NCBI RefSeq assembly: GCF_041146345.1
Contig: NW_027191405.1
Coordinates: forward strand, 434,001-498,000
Origin: Neodothiora populina
Lineage: Eukaryota
Reading direction: 5' to 3'
DNA length: 64,000 nucleotides
The notes under the pieces are model-generated. The model searched no databases and had not been told where the DNA came from. It was given only the letters and a program-made list of their open reading frames with translations. A program made the position numbers and the translations under genes. Below, piece by piece: positions 25,527 through 38,468 of the stretch; the stretch's first letter is position 1, and every line of letters begins with the position of its first letter.

Positions 25527-28500
25527 ATGTCAAGCTTAACAGTGCCCGAATTGTGTACGAGGGAAACTGTGAAACAGGAAGGTCTGAATGTTTGGGTCGA
25601 AGGCAGTCCTGATGGGCAGAATGCAAAAGTAGTGTGAGCCATCACTAACGTGCGACGAGGCTTATCCTTACTAAGCATTCTAGTATCGTCCTCGTACAAG
25701 GGCTAGGATCGAATCCCTATACAACATGGTGTAGTCGTGATGGTAACACAGCAGAACAAGACAAGCCTTCATTTTTCTAGCCCAGAGATCTGCTGCCCAA
25801 GTATCTGCCTCCGTGCAGAATTGCCACATACAGCTACAAATCAAATTGGTTCTCCAGATCACATGAAACAAACTTGAGAGCTTGTGGCGAGCAGCTGTTG
25901 AATGTGATTACACAATACAGGCGCGATGAAGAGGTAGGAGAAATCCTCGGTCTTCCCGGTGTATCTGTGAAGACTCACTGCAGTTCAGACTCAAGATAGA
26001 CCTCTTGTTTTCATTGGTCATAGCCTTGGGGGCCTTGTGATCCAGCAGATAAGCTTTCCTCATGTCAATACTTACATGGTCTTACCGTGCTCTACAGGCC
26101 CTAGTCATTGCCAATCACGGTAAAGCCTTTGAGAACGTCCGCCTATCCACAGCAGGATGTCTATTTCTAGGCGCACCAATGCAGAGTAGTAATTGGACGA
26201 ACAAAGCCACTTGGATTGAAAAGCTGGCGGGGACTAATAGTCCCGATTATTCCATCCTGAGGACTTTAAAGTCTGGGAGCACCGAGTTGCTCTCTTTGAG
26301 CAGAGATTTCTGGGCAGAATATGGGAGGTTGCAGATTATCTGCTTCTACCAAAAGCATGATACCAAGCACGGAATAATCACTTTAAGAGTAGGACGTTCT
26401 ATTCGACATGTTTGCATTCGTACTGAAACGAAAGCTGGAACAGGTGGTCAACGAATAATCATTTACAATCATTACGCACCGGCGGATGTATCTGGATACA
26501 GATCATTCAGTCTCAATAAGTTCAAAGCTGACAATGATGAGAATTTCACGATATTCGTACCGGAATTGACGAGAATTGAATTGGCCGCCAGCCGAAGAGA
26601 ACATCAATGTAAGCTACTACTTACATCACTATCCGGCTCATACTAAAGCTAATCTTTCGTAGCTCCAAGAAGCTCGCAGGCAGGCATTATTACGACAGTT
26701 CCTAGGGACGAAAACTTTGTTGGACGCAAGAGATTACTGTTTAACATAGACAGGCTTTTCGGGGTCATGCAACGCAGTACTCGTGCAGCACTTATCGGGC
26801 TCGGAGGTGTCGGGCAAGTATCTCACAATGGAAGACTGGGTGTTCACTAATGATGTCCCTAATAATAATAAGAAGTCACAGGTAGCCATCGAAATGGGCT
26901 ACCGAGTCCGAGAGAAACACTCTAACGTTGCCATCCTATGGGTTTATGCTAGCAGTCCCGCACGATTTCGCTCGAGCTACACCTATATCGCAAAAATGCT
27001 GAACTTACCAGGTGTTGAAGATCCGAAGATCGACTTTCTAGAAATCGTACATATGTGATTAATGAGCGAGTCGAGTGGACGCTGGTTGATGCTTCTAGAC
27101 AGTGCCGACGACCCTAGTTTCGTTAGAGAGAGACACGACAATAATGATTCTTAACAGCATGAGTTCGGTATGCTGAAGTATATTCCTTGACAGGCGGGCG
27201 GGAGTGTCCTTATGACTAGCCGAATCAGAGATGCTGCTCTTGACCTTGTTGAGAGGGAAGACTGTGTGCTTGAAGTGCAACCGATGTCGAAGGACAAAGC
27301 ACGTACACTTTTTTACACGAATTATACAAGAAGCGATGATAACGAAGAAGCTGTTCAACTATCAACCGAGGAACTCGACTATATCCTACTGGCGATTAGA
27401 CAAGCAGCAGCATACATATCCAGGAAACAAAGGATGACGATTTGAAGCTATCTCGCATTACTTCGTTCTAGCGAACAAAACGAAATGTCGCTCCTAAATG
27501 CAGAGGCAGGGGACTTACGAAGGGATGTAGATGTCACAAAATCTGTTATTAGGACTTGGGAATATCTTTCTCATTCGTGAAGGCTGAGAACAGAGCAGCA
27601 GCTCACATCCTTTCACTTGTCTGCATGTTTGACAGACAAAGGATTCCTGATTACCTGATCAATCATGGCATGGAGAATTCAGAATTCGAAGATGCCATCG
27701 GGTTGCTCCTAGGCTTGTGCCTTCTTCGCGAAGGAGCCAACAGCACTGAATTCGAGTTGCATCGACTTGTCCGTCTTGCTACACGAGCATGGCTTCATCG
27801 AAATGGAGAATATCAAAGATGTTGTGATATTGCAATTTCCAGCTTTTACAATGCATATCGTAAGGATGAAATATCTCAGACCTTCTCCAGAGCTCGGTCT
27901 TTTGAACCCCACGCGGAAAATATACTAGGGAACGAATTTGATAAGCCGGATGCACAGTATTTGGCAGCCGAGATTCTATAGGTACGGGCGCACTATGCCA
28001 TACACCAAAATAGATACAAATCATTGGCAACATCCATTGAGAGAAGTCTACAATTAGAAACCTCATCACATTGGAGAGATTCATTGCACTGTTCTAGAAA
28101 GAAAATGCTTCTCGCGTCTCGATATACCTGACGAAGTCGATCTCGTGAAGCGGAACTGCTATACCGAGAGGCATTGGAGGACCTTGAAGAAGAGTACGGA
28201 TATAGCATTGAGGAAACCTCCAGTTGCAATATAATACTTCAATCACTGCTCATGGCTTAGAATCGAACACACGCAGCCAACGAGCTTCGAAGAAAGCTTA
28301 TGGAAGTAATCGATGAAGCCTACAGACTCGACGATGCTAGCACGATGACGGTAGCGATGAAGCAAGCTCTTTTTGACAGATATATGAAACAAGGTAGATA
28401 TGATACAGCACAAGCATACGCAGTGCAGCTGCTTGAGCCATTTTTCCAACACTACAATGGCCACAGGGAACAAGGAGAGCATAAGGTAGATGCTGGTTAT

Positions 28501-29998
28501 CTATATTTTCTCGGCAACGTTGTTGAGAGACTCGGTACGGAACGATATCCTGCCGCAGAAATAACCCTCAAACGCCTGATAGAGGAGAGCAGAGGCACGA
28601 GAGGCGAAGACACAGTGCAAACTTTCCTCCTGCTTAGAAAGATAGCTAATATAGTATTGGGACTAGGTCCGAATCGACATGCCGATGCTAAAGAGATCGT
28701 AAGCCTTGCTATCGAAACAGGCAAGAGTCTCTTCGGCGACGACGATGAGAAAACTTCTTCATGATCAATGTAGGTTCACCCACAAGCTGTTGCAGCTTGA
28801 GCAGCCCACGTACGACGAGTGGGTGAAGATAAAGTCATAGTTTGAGGAAGTCGTCCAGACACAGATCGAACGGCATGGAGCAGGAGGTCCATCTTGCCTG
28901 CCCTACTTGGGTTGTCTTGCTCGGACACTGCTATGTGGAGACCACGCCACCACTATAGATCTGCAAAGAGGGAAGTCCCTCTTTGAAACTGTCGTAAATA
29001 CCAATGCCGAGATCCATGGACAGCTACATTCGCCATATCTACGCGACGCGTATTACTATGCGCAATCTTTGACTCCAAAGAAACATATGAGCGAGATAAG
29101 CGAAACAGACATGCAAAAAGCCGAATCCCTCTACAGATCCATCATACATGCTAATATAGAGGCAGTACATAATGATTGTGCAATCTGCCTGCGAGATTTG
29201 TCGGCTCTTTCTCAGGACCTGGCAATTATATCTGGTTCGAGCACACCAAATTTGTCAAGGGTTCTTTCATTTTGTAGGGCCGCTGTCCAAAACGTGGTCA
29301 AGCTAAGGGGAGAGTGACATCCACACTGCTTGTCAGTAATGGAGGAGTTCGTTACTATAATGTGGTGCAACACTGAAACACTAGACGAGGCCCGGATTCT
29401 TATAAGAGAGGTCTTAAAGATCAGAACAAGGCTCTATGGCACGGAGCACCCGGACTCTCTTCGAACAAGTGCTCATGTCGCAATGACTGACTGGCAAACA
29501 GACAATGGCGCTGTCGCGTTTGATCGTATCCATGAAACCATTGATATAGCGTGCAGGGTCCTTGGTGACGAGCATGAGTATACGTTCATGTGGACTTCTT
29601 GGCTGAATCATTGGGAGTGCTGTCCTGGAAGAGAGAACCCGCCTTCATCAGGAACGAGCCAGGTCGATGATGGAGAAGAGTGTAGACTGGCAGACTCGTC
29701 GCCGATTCAAGAGGACAAGGAAACGGACGATGATGAGGACGAGGTTATGGAGTAGGATATGGGGAAGGACGAAGGCGAGGGTGTGGACACGGAGGAGAAT
29801 AAGGATCAAGATGTGGGCAAGGAACAAGATACAAATGCGGATGTGAAAGAAGATAATGAGGAAGAGGAGGAAAAAAGCAAAAAGGTGAGGTCGGTCTCCT
29901 TGTCCCCAGCTTATGTTTTTCTGCTGTCACTCTGCTTCCTTTTCTCCTTTTCTGTCGGCTTCGTCTTTTCTCGACAATTCTATTCCATTCATCCATAG
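25527..29998 (+). pseudogene. Fungal NLR pseudogene: SesB-like alpha/beta hydrolase + NB-ARC + TPR repeats
   Basis: Reconstructed motifs IVLVQGLG...TTW, F*PRDLLP...CRIATYSY, RPLVFIGHSLGGLVIQQA, PRDENFVGR, GLGGVGKSQ (P-loop), RWLMLLDSADD, HRLVRL, and TPR signatures YGTEHPDSL and LGDEHEYT. Lesions: in-frame stops (e.g. TAG 25778, TGA 27056, TGA 27443, TAG 27979, TGA 28762, TGA 29315), a GT>AT splice donor at 26049 and a frameshift near 26508. Confidence 0.9.
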
Positions 29999-30666
29999 CC
30001 CTATTCATCAATATGAATCCACCGCTATATCCTTATTTCTCTCTATCGACTACAAGCCTTCATTACCCACTCTGCCCTCTGCTTCTTTACACATGATGAA
30101 TTCCTCGTTGCACTTTTTCCCTTCCCTCTGTTCTAATCGCGCGCACAAGACAAGAAGAGGAGATAAGGTAGCTAAACCGAGAGAAGAAGTACAGAAGGAA
30201 AGGATTAAGGACAGACAATAAGAGAGGACAAGATGGCTTCTGCACTAGATGAAGGCCCTTACCCATCATTCAGATAGAATCCCACGTGAAGCTACACACA
30301 AAATACAAAACCACAAGAGTGCCTATCAATAAGCGAATAAGAATAGATGAAAAGAACTAGATTCAAAGAATACATAAAACCCACGCCCCACAAGCCATCT
30401 ATCCTATCCTCCCCATCCTGTCGAACTATATCCTATGTGGAACAGCTATGCTCTGTGCCGCCAAGTCCACGACCCTGATTCCCGCCCCATGCCTTTCGCA
30501 TCCTTCCCCACTTATGCCCCTCCTGTCCTCGCTAAAAACACGCTTGTACACACTTGACTTCCGCGCCTTACTTTCCTCTTTATCGGGTAGTTTCGATATT
30601 CTTACTACCTCGAGACTATTTTCCTGTCTTATCGCTTGCAGAAGCGAGTGGATTGGGGAAGGTACT

Positions 30667-33600
30667 CTAGGCGGTCGAGGTCAAGTAATCGATAGCCTAT
30701 GAGAACCCGTTAGCATCAAATGTCTCTCTTATACAGACGTCAAACATGCAAAAAAGCAAGGAAGGAACATACCTTCTCGATATTATAATCATAATCCTCA
30801 AGCGCCTTAACAGCCTTATCCCTATTGAAACCCATGCCCACAAGTCTCTTGACAGTAGGATCGTCATGCTCGCCAGTATTAGTGATTGCTCTACCGAGCG
30901 CCGGTTTCGTGGGCTGGAGGTTACTGCTGCTTGGGCCGGCCTCGCGGGTGTTGTCTACGCCCGGGAAGGGCAAACCTGACATGTTTGCTGTTGTGGGACC
31001 TGAGTTGACGGGGGAGGTCGCTTGCGCAGGGTCTAGGCCGGGGAATGTGGGCTCGGTGTTCACGGCCGGCGAAGTGTCAAGGCCCGAGAATATGGCGTCC
31101 CAGTCTGCGGATGGTTGGGAGGGCTGGGTGTTTGCGAATGCGGTTGACAGACTGGGGTTTGCGTGGTGGTGGCTGCCGTTGTTACCCTCGAATCCACTGA
31201 AGCCGTTTGTTGTCGATGAGGCAGAGGGTCCGTGGACTGTGGAGATGGAGTGGCTGGGAGAATCGAAAGTAGGGGTGAACTCGTCACCGCGGACTTCGGA
31301 TTCTATGCCGAAGTCGGGGTCTTCGACTGTGGCCTCGCGAGCTTCTTCGAGATCGTCGAAGTCGTCAAAGTCATCGTGCACGGGCTCGGCCTTGACTTCG
31401 GTCGCCGCAGCAGCAATTACAGGGGCAGCATGAGCAGCAGCGCCGAGGTCTGTCGACGTGGAGATTGGGCGTGATCCTGCATCGTGGAAGACGTCCGAGG
31501 TGGCGGTGGTGGGAGTGTGAGGAGCAGCTTGATGGGGCACACTGTGAGGCACCGCTGATTGCGTCGGATCCTCGCGAGAGGGCAGTAATCCTCCAAATTC
31601 AGGTGGGAGCTGGCCTGACCCTGCGTGATGCTCGACGCTGGCATCGTATGACGGCGGAGAGACCTGAGCAGAGATAGACGGCGCCTCAGACACAGCGCGA
31701 GAGTCTTCGCCAAGGTGTGGACGAAGAGCAGCTGCGGTGACGAACGGGCCAGGCGCGGTCATACCTGATGCGACGGGAGAAGCAATAGAAGGAGCGGCAT
31801 GCTCGACATGCTCGACATGCTCAGCCTCGACCGGCTCAAGAGGCGCGCCGTTACCAGCGGAAGGACCAGCGCTAAAGTCATCGTCAAAGCCATGCTCACT
31901 GGAACTGTCACTATCACTGTCTTCAAGCTCGCGAATGGCAGGAAACTCATCGTTTACATTGGTCGAGGAACCGTGAGCATGTTCGACAGGATTGAACGCA
32001 TCATGGGCAGGCTCCTTGCCCTTGGACTGAGGTGCATCGCCAAAGTCAGCGAAAGCCGAGTCAAAGTCGTCATGAGTGGCTGCTCTCGCAACAGGAGCGT
32101 GGATCTCCGGACCCTGACCAGTCGTCTGAGTCGTCAGGGGAGTTGCAGTTTCTTCAGGGAAAGCGCCGGGCATGTTCTCGGACTCTGGAAGAGGTGTCGG
32201 TAGCTGAGTCGGCTCTGCAGCCAGTTGCCCAGCGTGTATCCCCTGCAATGCTGGACCGGATGTCTGAGCTGGTGGGGTAGTGAGGTTTTCGTGGCCGAAA
32301 GGAGATGGCTCAAATGCATTTGGGCCGTCGAACGGGGACGAAACAGGCCCGGTGGCGACACTTCGGTTGTCAATGCTGGCAGGAGCCGCGGCGCGGACAG
32401 AAGAGTCGAGTGAACCTTCACGCTGAAGCGTACCCATTGGCAGATTGTTAGGCGTGAACTGTCTAGACTCAGGTGGAGGTGGAGGGTGTTCGTGGTCGTG
32501 AGCAGCCGAGATAGGAGGAGTCACGGACGGCGTGGGACGACCTTCAGAAGACACGGACTGGCCAGACTCGTTGGCAGGGAAGGAAACGGCAGGAGGCGTT
32601 TCGGTGTGTGTTTGCTGCTGCGAGAATGAAGGACCGAAAAGGGCGTCGAAGGCACTGTGGTTCGGTGCGACAGATCCGGTGGGCGAAGTAGCACCTGCAC
32701 CTCTGAAGAAAGGATTAGTGCTGACGGACGCTGCCGGGCTGACAACGGCAGATCGAGGAGACGCGATTTCTCGAGTTTGCTCTTCAGCAGCACGAGATTG
32801 ATGTTGCTCAACGGTCTTGAGGTGCTCCTGCTCTCGCTGCTTGAGCAACGATTCCTTTTCTGCCAGCTGTGCCTCCCGCTCCTGCAATTGCCGTCCCTTC
32901 TCCTCGTGTTGCCTCTCCCTCTCTTCGTGAAGAGCCTTCTGTCTCTCCCACTCCTCGGCCTCGTTGGCGAGTGTGCTCATCGCAGTCTGGAGATTACCGC
33001 GCTCACCCTCGTTGGTCGCAAGCTGCTTCTTGTTGATGGCAACCATACCCTTCTGTTGACGAGCATCAGATCGCATCTTCTCGACCTGAGGCTTGAGCTG
33101 AGCAATCTCTGCATTGAGCTGAGAAATGCGCTGTTTCAAGCTGACGTTCTCCTGCTGGTCGGCGTGTAGCTGTTGAGCGATGGTCTGGTGCTGTGTGCTC
33201 AAGTCTTGATATGCTCCCTCGATCATAGCAAGATCCTTCTGCAGCTTCGTGGTCTCGGTGCGAGAAGCCGTCAACTGCTCCTCCAGTGTCTTGACGGCGC
33301 GAACTTCTTGCTCGTACGAGGCACGGAACTGCTGCAGACGCATCTCCAAGTCGCGCTTCTGGTTGTTTGTAGCGGACAAATCACGCTGGTGAGTCTCCTT
33401 CTTGGTCTGAACATCTTGCATCTGGTTCCGAAGGTTGCCGATTTGGTTGGACATGTTGGCCAGTTCGGTGGTGTCAGTGGTGATGTTCTTGGTCTCGTCT
33501 TCCGGAGCTTCGCCGAGCAGATCATCCATGACGCTAGGGGGCGGCATCGCTCTTGCCTGTGCTGGCTGAGATGAAGCATTGCTGCCTCCAGTATGCTGAG

Positions 33601-35237
33601 CAGCCAGACTTGCGCCGAATGCCGACGAGGGCATGAAAGGCTTGAACATGCTGGAGGAAGCGGCGGGCGTAGGCGCAAAGCCGGTCTTCTGTGGCGAAAC
33701 CGGAGTGGACGAAGCGTTGGCGCCGAAAGGATCCTTGCTCACCGGGGCACCGAATACAGGCGGAACACCAGTGGTCTGGGCGGAGAGGGCAGGCGTTGAA
33801 GCCGCAGGCTTCGGAGGAGAGTCAAGACCAAACAAGTCCTCTGTAGCAGACTTGGGGAATTGAGACGTGTTTGCTGCATTGTCGAAAGCGGGCGCTGTCG
33901 TCTGAGCGGCAGGTCTCGGCTGGTTGCGCAAGCTTGGGGGAATAAGCGCAGGAGGAAGGAAAGCCGGCAGAGGCGGGCCTCCTGCGGGTTTACTTCTCTC
34001 CTGTCTGATCAAGTACATGGCGACAGCGAATTCATCACGGCTTAAGCGTCCCTCGGAGTTGATGTCTGCAAGATCCCAGATCTGAGCAAGGGAATCCTCC
34101 GGGAGACCGGAGTCACTGAAGAATCGCACGGCTTGGTCTCCGCTGAGGTGGCCGATGCCCGCAGTATCGATGCTGCTGAAGAATTGGTCGTATTTGGCCT
34201 TTTCTTGAGGAGTGATGAGCCAACCGCCGGTAGATTGAGCCGACATGGGAGGAGGGGGCGTTCCATACGTAGCACGAGCGAGGGGACTTTGTGCGCGCTG
34301 TGTACCGGTGAGTTGTCTGGGGATAGCGGAGGGAATGGATCCGGAATTGCGGCTTCCGTGTGGAGGAGGAGCACCGCGGCGGGCTGCAGCCTCGTACAGC
34401 CCAGGAGGGAGAACGCTAGGTAGAGCAGTGAGAGTGCGAGACTTGTACGAAGAAACAAGATGCATGGCAATGATGAACTCAGTCATGTCGAGCGAGCCCT
34501 TGCCTTCCCGGTCCGAGAGACCCCAGATTCTGCCCAAGATCTCATTGGGTAGACCAGCTCGCTCGAAGATGGCCTTTGCCGATTCGCCTGAAACAAGTCA
34601 GTGATAATGCTACTTAGCCGTCGAGTGATTGATATCTCTCACCTGCGAGTTGTCCATTTTGTGCGCCTGATCTCTCAAACAGACCAGAGTACTGAGCGAC
34701 CTTGTCCGGGGTCATTGGTGGTATACGGATACCTGTGCCCTGAGGCTGCAATGCACCAGCAGGCGGCACGCCAAGAGCAGGCGAATTGGGGTGAGCAGGA
34801 GGAGCGACTGCCACAGCTGGGGGAGGAGGGATAGAAACACCCTCGAACTTGGGTAGCGGACCCTGCTTGAAGGCAAGATCAGGACTGAGGTCGCGTCCAG
34901 CCTGATAATGTCCGATCAACCGCAGAGCGACACAGAAGCCTGGCTTGGTCAATAGGCCTCGGTTCTCCGAGTCGGCGATCTGCCATATCTCTCCCAGTAC
35001 ATTCGGTGCTACTCTTGTCTTTTCGAAGAAGTTGACTGCGACCTCGCCCGTCACCACGCCGAGACTGTCCGTATCTGCTTGGTTGAAGAGAGTGCTGTAG
35101 TATTGCTTCTCCTGCGCCGTGAGGTTCAGGACCGGGTGATCTGAGGAAGGGTCGGCCCAAGGTCAGTCTCGCTGTCGCTATGTATCAATCATCAAATGAT
35201 TCCCCTTACTGATGTCAGTTCCCGTCGTCACAGACAT
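30667..35237 (-). CDS. EDE1: Eps15-like endocytic adaptor with three EH domains, coiled coil and C-terminal UBA
   Basis: EH motifs LGEIWQIADSE, LGRIWGLSDRE, LAQIWDLADIN; coiled coil; NPF motif; UBA LVGMGFNRDKAVKALEDYDYNIEK|AIDYL. Short first exon MSVTTGTDI and last exon AIDYLTSTA* have canonical splice sites. Confidence 0.93.
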
Positions 35238-36435
35238 CCTGACTACTGCTTTTCCTTTATTCTATTATGTCGCTTCGCCCATGCGCGTATGTTCTGCCTG
35301 ATCCAGAGGAAGAGGAGTCGTCAGGCAATAATCTCAGGCTGCCGCGTACACCTCAACGTGCCTTCTGTTTCTGACGAGTTGCAACTTCCGTCTTGTTTCT
35401 TATTGGTATTACACAGGGTATCTAGTGTCCTGTCCGAGACGAGAACGTCGTGCACAATATTTCGATGATTATTTTTGTGGATGGATAGAAAAACAAGTAG
35501 GGTAGTCTTGTAAAAACACAATCAATGCCATCAATAGGAGACTTGGTCGTGTCTCTTGTCTCTCTGTGGTTCTCCGGAGAGTGCACAGGTGCAACAAGCA
35601 AGTTCCCGCGGGTCCCTCAGTGTTGCCAAAGCTGGATCCGAGTGATGCCAGAACCATGCGAAGCTCGGACCAGGGCCCTTGCCATGACGATTCACAGCCG
35701 CCGGAAACTCTAATTACTGTCCCGCTAAGAGTAGGTACAGTACCCAGCTTCCATTTCCCCCTGGTGTTACAAAAGTCCTCTGGTCTCCCACTTGTACAGG
35801 TGCAGTGAGGTATCCACCACGTGCTGGTTGCACTAGCGATATGTACAACGACCTATTGGCTAGGTATCCAAGATCCACTGCATCTATATACGGTAGGCAA
35901 GCACTCGGTAGAAGTGCATACCGCAGATAATCTCTCCGCGCAGTATATAAGCACATCGCCCCAATCCCATCTACACACTAGATCTCATGATCACCATAAC
36001 ACCGCGCAAGCGAACACGGAGAGCGCAATGTCCGAGAAGCCGCGTAGTCACAGTCCAATCCCGAGTAGTGCGATCCGGGAGATTTCGAAGCTATAGTGCA
36101 AAGTAAAGGTGTGGTATATATGCCTTACACTTTCGTATATTTAGCTGGCTGTGCATAATGAGATGGAGAATGATTAGGCATATGAGCTGTAGAGACTGCT
36201 ATGCATCCATGCAAAAGGGAGATTTGTTATACAGATATATTCAGAGTTGAGAAAGCCTGCTCACTTATGCTAGATCATGTTCAACGCCTCCCCTTGCTTG
36301 CCGTCCTACCTTGTGTCGATAGCCATGTTTTTGGGAGTTTGTATGGCTCCGTGTAACGCCTTTGACTTTCCCAAAAATCAGATCGTGTACTGTACAGCTC
36401 GTTCTCATCACTTATACCCTTGGTCTGCGTCTTTG

Positions 36436-37487
36436 CTACTGACCAGAAGGCCGCCGATCGAATCTCTTCTTCGAATCTCCATTCTCACACCACGCGAGAC
36501 CGGGCACACCCTCCTCTTTGCCCTTGCCGTTCCACCTGCCCAGCAGCCAATCAGTGACACTGACGACCTTGCCGGTCTTGGCCTCCCAGTCGCCGCCTTC
36601 TTCGACATGCTCGATGACATGTTTAGCTATGCGTCCCTGTTCGTCAAACTCGAACATGAAGAGTCCGCAGAACTCGTCTTGGTCGCTCTTTTCTTCTCCG
36701 CCCAGAAGCTCGGTGATTTTATCCACGTGCTCCGAGGCTCCTATGCCTCGGTACAGACCTCCCGTGCCTTTGTTCTTCGTCTTGCCGCAGGTCTTCCATT
36801 TGACCACTAGCTTCTCGTCTTTGAAATCCGTGCCGCTGCGCATCATGCGCTCGGATAGGATGATGAGTTTGACGTTGCCGACTACCGGCACGCGACCCCA
36901 TGCGATGGGTGATGTCCACAGCGCAGCTAGATATGCGAGTCGGCCAGATACAGTAGGTAGGTGCGGATGTGTCGAGGGGAAGAGATGCAGGCGAATGCTC
37001 GGAGAAAGGATCTCTTGCGGTAATGGACTCGCGAGGAGTGTGGGTAGACGTTCGTGGAGGATTCGTACAGCTTTTATCTCTTGTCAGCCACAAGACACTG
37101 CAGTAAAACGATTGAGCTACAGGACTCACTCTTTCCAAGCTTCAAAGTCCGTCCATCCGGTGGTCTGTGGTCCCCTCCTGCTGCACCATAGCCTTGACCA
37201 GGGAATCCATCCTCGACGTCCAGTCTCGGCTGCGTGCTCGTGAACCACACGTCTCTGCAAATGACATGTCCCGGATTCCTCAGGTTCGCAAATCCACGTC
37301 TCTGTCTCTGTGTACAATGCCGGAAGCCGCCAGTAGATGCACCTTCACGGTCGCTGCTGATCACAGCTCTTCCCCACGACCCCCCATCACCGTTCCCCGT
37401 ACTGCTGCTCTTGTTGCCGCAGCTGACCTGAAGCAAACCCCCAGGCAAAGGCGTTTTGCGCGTCGTAGCCGCCCGGAGTGATATCAT
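36436..37487 (-). CDS. Conserved fungal hypothetical protein, possibly mitochondrial
   Basis: Intron 37129-37071 (gtgagt...ctgac...aag) joins RTLKLGK to TVRILHERLPTLL...HLFPSTHPHLPTVSGR...WGRVP...FCGLFMFEFDEQGRIAKHVIE; basic N-terminus. Confidence 0.8.
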
Positions 37488-38468
37488 CTGCCGCTTCTTC
37501 TGTACAGTCTCTTGAGCTGGTCGGTGGTCCGGTCGTCTCTAGTCGTAGTCATCAGAAGAGGGAGGTATGGACGTGAAAGAGCACACTAATAGTCAGGCAA
37601 TCATATCAGAGAGACATTCGCGAGCAGAGTGTGTATCATCCCTGTCGTCGCATAAGTGAACTGCGAAACGCAACAATCACCAGATCCAGAACATTCCTTC
37701 TCGATCTCCAGATCTCGTATCTGATTCCCGAGAGGGTGCCGTTCCTTTACCACCGAAACAACTCCCCCCTCTTTCCTCCACCTCTAGGAAAGGGTTCAGA
37801 CACTGCGCACGGACCAAAAGAGTGACGTACCCGGGGCTTTCTTTCTTGGGGAAAGCTGAGGTCGTGGGTCAGCAGAATTGGGGGGCCATCTGCATACAGT
37901 AGCTATAGCTATCAATGCACATCAGTGATCTGGCTGATGAGAGTAATGTCAAACATGCATACCTTGTCACGTGTTGCATGCAAGATGCAGGAGTGTTCGG
38001 CGATTTCGACAGTGATGGGATGGATCTCTGTTGATGGTCTACAGTACAGACAAATCATTGCGCTGGGGTAGGTAAGATAGTGTACAATACTTAGGCAGGG
38101 CACTGCACTATAAGCGTGTTAAAGCCCTCGGTCGGAATCGGAATCTGCGGCTGGGTTGTCACACCACTTGCAGTGCTTCGCCTGCGGAACTACAGTGGAC
38201 CATCGCTGATGAACGCCTTAGCTGGGGTTTGGCGCAAAGTACTCATTGGTTAGTCGAGGGATAAGAGATGAACACTTTTTTGAATTCTGTCGTAGTCACT
38301 ATTACCTAAAGTAAGGTGACTACAAGTGACTTTTTGATACCCGTGATACCATCGTGACTACCCCATTTCTTCCAACCTGATAGTGGTCGATGTGGAAGAT
38401 GTAACGCTTTTATGCAAATCCGTCTCCCAGATGCAGTTTCCTTTTGCCTTTTCCCTGCCCAGTTATGC

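Noticed and set aside
25527..29998. NLR stops as A-to-I editing or readthrough-correctable premature stops (TAG/TGA at Trp positions)
   Set aside because: The locus also has a TAA stop, frameshifts and a broken splice donor, which editing or readthrough cannot plausibly repair together.
35821..36096. Short ORF ending in SKL (apparent PTS1)
   Set aside because: GTG-started, no recognisable domain or codon bias, lies in intergenic/UTR DNA; likely chance.
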